The notes beneath the pieces are model-generated. The model saw only the letters and a list, made by a program, of their open reading frames with translations, made no database searches and was not told the DNA's origin. A stretch of 63,229 nucleotides of DNA, the filler included, from Klebsormidium nitens (Eukaryota; Plantae; Klebsormidiophyceae), in the NCBI GenBank assembly GCA_000708835.1. It is 5 parts of 5 records of this genome, joined end to end, with 100 filler letters (N's around TTAATTAATTAA, not from the genome) between each part and the next. Parts side by side here need not be neighbours in the genome. Positions count along the whole stretch, not along the records: positions 59,972 to 63,229 come from DF238590.1; 4 more parts are not named here. One strand, 5' to 3'. The position numbers and the translations under genes are program-made. Of this stretch, positions 60,015-63,229 are shown piece by piece. Numbering within the stretch: position 1 is the first letter of the stretch; every line of letters begins with the position of its first letter.

Positions 60015-62824
60015 ATGTCTTCAACAGGCATGGGAGTGGCCAGCGTCCATGAGACTAAGGCCCTAGGACCTAGGAGCATCAGAGCCGAGATCATGCGCCT
60101 TCACAATGTAGGCATGTATGCAATTCCAGTGAAACTGGTTTGGGACCCGAAAAAGGGTAAGAAGGATCCAAAATTTCCCCATACTTGGCGTCAGATGATC
60201 GATCCAAAGTCGTGGAGAGAATCAATAGAAACAGCTCTCTTGCAACGGCCCGATGCCAACGGGCTTGCGATCTTGACCGGTACGAGTGGACTATTTGCAA
60301 TCGATGTTGACAATGATTCTAACAATCCCAAGAAGCTTCCCGGAACTGAACTCTGGAATCGCTTGATCGATGCTCACGGCGAACCGAAGACCCTGAAGGC
60401 CCGCACTGCTTCAGGAGGGTTTCACTACGTATTCAAGGCTTGCAGCCCTGAATTATTCTCTCGGAAGAACTTCTCAACCGTGAAGGTTGGCAAAGACATC
60501 TGGGGGATAGATGGCCGATCCCTTGGTGGATGTATATTTGCAGAGCCAACAACCTACGTAAAAGAAGGGCAGGTTGTGGCCTACGAGTGGTTGAACGGTC
60601 CTCCAAGCTATGATGCATGCAAGGAGGTGCCAGGATGGCTCGCGAAGGTGGTTCAGAATCACGCTGGTGACGCCATGTCAGCCGAGAATCCAATGAACGA
60701 TACCAAGCTTTCCATGATATGCGCTCAAAGTGACGATTCAAGTACGATACCCAACAGCGAGGCCCGAAGTTCACGTGGGGAGTCAACTTTCGACGGATTG
60801 TCGAGTGACAAATCACTGCTGTTGGCCGAGTTGTCTAAGCTATTGAAGGAGAAAGCAAACGATACGACCAGCACGTATGCCAACTCGTTGCCCCATGGCT
60901 TATACGGCACTTACTATTGCTATCGAACTAGAGGCCCTCGCAAGTGCTACCTGGGGCACCAGCACAACGGAAGCAACAACTTTAATCTTTTAAAACGGGA
61001 ACGCAACGTGTGGTACCGTTGTCACGGCCAAGAGTGCTCTCACAAGCCTCCAAAGAAACAAGGTGAGCTGAAACTCAAAGCTGCTTTGCAAGATGCCTCG
61101 ACATTCCCTGTCAATCATCACGACGATATGCGTGTCATTACACAATTTACGCGCGGGACCCAGGAAGTACAAGAGTTGCTTCTTCGCATTGTTGTCGAGC
61201 ATGCAGCACCCCAAGCTTACGCCAATCTGGGCCGGCTTTTTGCATACATCTACATGATTGAAGGACGTCTTCTTGCAACGCGCAACAACGCCGAGAAGAA
61301 TAAGGATATCTACTTCTATGTATGGAACGGCTCCTCTTGGACGCCAGACTCGTCCAACCTGGTTGCCAGCGTGTTTACCTCACAGATGGGTTGCCTTTTG
61401 GCATGGTATGAGGTGCAACGAGACAGTTGCTTGGCAAACCTACGAGCAAAGCACCCTCATCTGGAAGGGATTTCGACCGAGGGGGAAGGTGCACGAAAAA
61501 GTCTTCTAAAGAGAGCAGACTGGCTAAGTTGGCCGAGCAATCGTGCCTAGAGGAACGAGATCGGAAGATGCCAAGCTTTGGAAGGATCAACGTGCAGGAC
61601 ATTGGAGATGTGCGGAAATGCTTGCACTCGGCTGTAACCGAGTTGTATGTTGACAACCTCATGGATCTATTCGATCAGGAGAATCACGTCGCAAACGCAC
61701 CAAATGGATTGATCGACCTTCAAACGGGTGATCTCTCAACTCATCACCCTCAAGATCTCTGCAACAACAGCACAACTCTGTACGTGAAGGGCGCATCCAA
61801 AAGCGCAACGGCACGGTTCCGGACCTTTCTGATGGACGTCCTTCCATCCGAAGCCATCGGCTGGATGCAGATGTTTCTGGGATATTGCCTCACCGGAGAG
61901 ACGAGTGAGGAGCTCTTCGTGATCATGAACGGGGAAGGGGCAAACGGTAAAAGCGTATTGAAACAGGCATTGCGCAAGGCGTTTGGAAACTATAGTGCGG
62001 TTGGAAACAAGGCTATTTTCATCAAGCCTTCCTTTAGGGCCGACGCGTCTGCAGCTTCATCGCACTTGATTTACATCAAGTCCTCTCGTTTTGTGATAGG
62101 TGACGAAAGTGAGAAAGACAACCATCTCAACGACTCGTTCATAAAAGAGGCGAGCGGAGGCGGGGGAATCAACGCACGAGAGCTGTTTTGCAGGACGCAA
62201 GAGTATGTCCCGCGGTTCAAGCTGTGCTTGTTAACCAACTTCAGGCCCCGTTTTCCCTCTGACGATGTCGCCTTGATCCGCAGGATCGTGCTGATCATGT
62301 TCAACTATATTTTTAAGGCTCCGGACGAGTTTGACGCTAGCAACAAATACCACAAGCCCATTGACTTGACTCTAAAGCCTTATTTCGAATCAGAGGAAGG
62401 AGCTGCCGATGTCCTGGACTTTTGCGTCGAAGGGGCGACGATGTATTACGCAAAGAAGAGAGAGTCGCCAACCTCAAAGGTACTCTCTCCCATTCCAGAG
62501 GCCTTTAGCGCTGCTGCTCGTGAATATGCAGAGGAGAATGACAAGTTGCAGATGTTTATTGATGAGTCGTGTATCACAGGCGTTTCATTTGCTGTCACAA
62601 AGGCCGACTTTGTCGAGCACTTCACGGCATTTTTATACGCCGGTGGGTACGACACGAGCTTGGCTGGCGACGGTCTGGGAAGGGCGATGGCCATTAAGGG
62701 CTTTTCCAAAACACCTCTGGATGGAAAGAAGAACAAGATGATCAAGATGCTCAATGGGAATGGGAGAAAGGGGGGATTCTTTGGTCTCCGTTTGAAGACG
62801 GAGGAGGAGATGCAGAAGGAGTAG
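60015..62824 (+). CDS. Intronless primase-helicase: bifunctional Prim-Pol (AEP) domain, UL52/PrimPol-like CHCC zinc finger, D5_N, SF3 helicase, C-terminal winged-helix-like region; about 936 aa if the single frameshift near 61500 is corrected
   Basis: GLAILTGTSGLFAIDVD, ARTASGGFHYVF, GIDGRSLGGCIFAEPT; KCYLGHQHNGSNNF..VWYRCHGQEC; FYVWNGSSW, NAPNGLIDLQTG; Walker A GEGANGKS, Walker B FVIGDE, motif C LCLLTN. Overlapping ORFs 60015-61550 and 61427-62824. Confidence 0.9.
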
Positions 62825-62847
62825 GCAACGGCTGGGAGATAGAGGGC

Positions 62848-63206
62848 GTGATACTTTTGATACCCAAATATGGACGTTTCAAAAATCGAGTATCAACGAC
62901 CAAAAGATGCTTCATTTAAACTTTTGAGGTGGCTTATGCGGCATGAAAGTCGAGGAGTCTCTTTGGAAAGGAGCAAAACGCAGAGAAACGGGGGGTCGTC
63001 TTCGACATGTTGCCTAGTTGTGAACAATAAAGTTTGATACTATTGATACTTGATACTCTGTAAGGTACTACATACATTTTTAAAAAAAAGGGTGTTGATA
63101 CACACGTATATATATATAGGTGTGCCTTCAAAAACAGTATCAATAGTATCAATCGTATCCGCCCAAATTGCTATCATATCGAACATGCATGTAAATCTTC
63201 TGATAC
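62848..63206. promoter_or_regulatory. Candidate replication origin: GATAC iteron clusters in opposed orientation around an AT-rich core
   Basis: 11 GATAC/GTATC copies in about 360 bp; perfect 17-bp inverted repeat 63034-63050 / 63136-63152; T5A8 and (TA)n core. The function is inferred. Confidence 0.55.
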
Positions 63207-63229
63207 GATGCAACTCCATTTGCAATAGA

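Noticed and set aside
57200-63229. Giant endogenous virus (NCLDV) or Polinton-like virus insertion
   Set aside because: No capsid, packaging ATPase, pPolB or integrase is visible and the neighbouring gene is spliced. This cannot be excluded beyond the window edge.

Overview
Eukaryotic, intron-rich DNA with GC-rich exons and GT-AG introns; the gene content is streptophyte-like (inference: a charophyte green alga such as Klebsormidium). It is a scaffold with six N gaps, four of which carry an artificial TTAATTAATTAA linker. The left 44 kb holds five spliced host genes that I reconstructed by hand with phase-consistent junctions: a 23-exon PDR/ABCG transporter (+); a very large surface protein with Pro-rich, cadherin-like, Cys-containing Ig-like and multi-TM parts (-, 5' end in a gap); a 2OG-Fe(II) oxygenase-like gene (-); an expansin fused via a Pro/Thr linker to a CBM49-like module (+); and a VWA-alpha-kinase (-). 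The right 17 kb is mobile-element rich. It has several Ty3/Gypsy fragments, one with LTR, tRNA-iMet PBS, a G-GGT-TTT -1 frameshift site and a pol N-terminal domain resembling a degenerate Dam-type adenine methyltransferase. It also has a zinc-finger/J-domain-like pseudogene and a large imperfect palindrome. The best candidate for an undescribed system is an intronless Prim-Pol/zinc-finger/D5-SF3 primase-helicase gene directly followed by opposed GATAC iteron clusters flanking an AT-rich core, a layout like a phage-satellite replicon. Four genes each carry a single frameshift at or near a homopolymer run, which may be sequencing errors. All family assignments come from motif recognition and memory; no database search was run.
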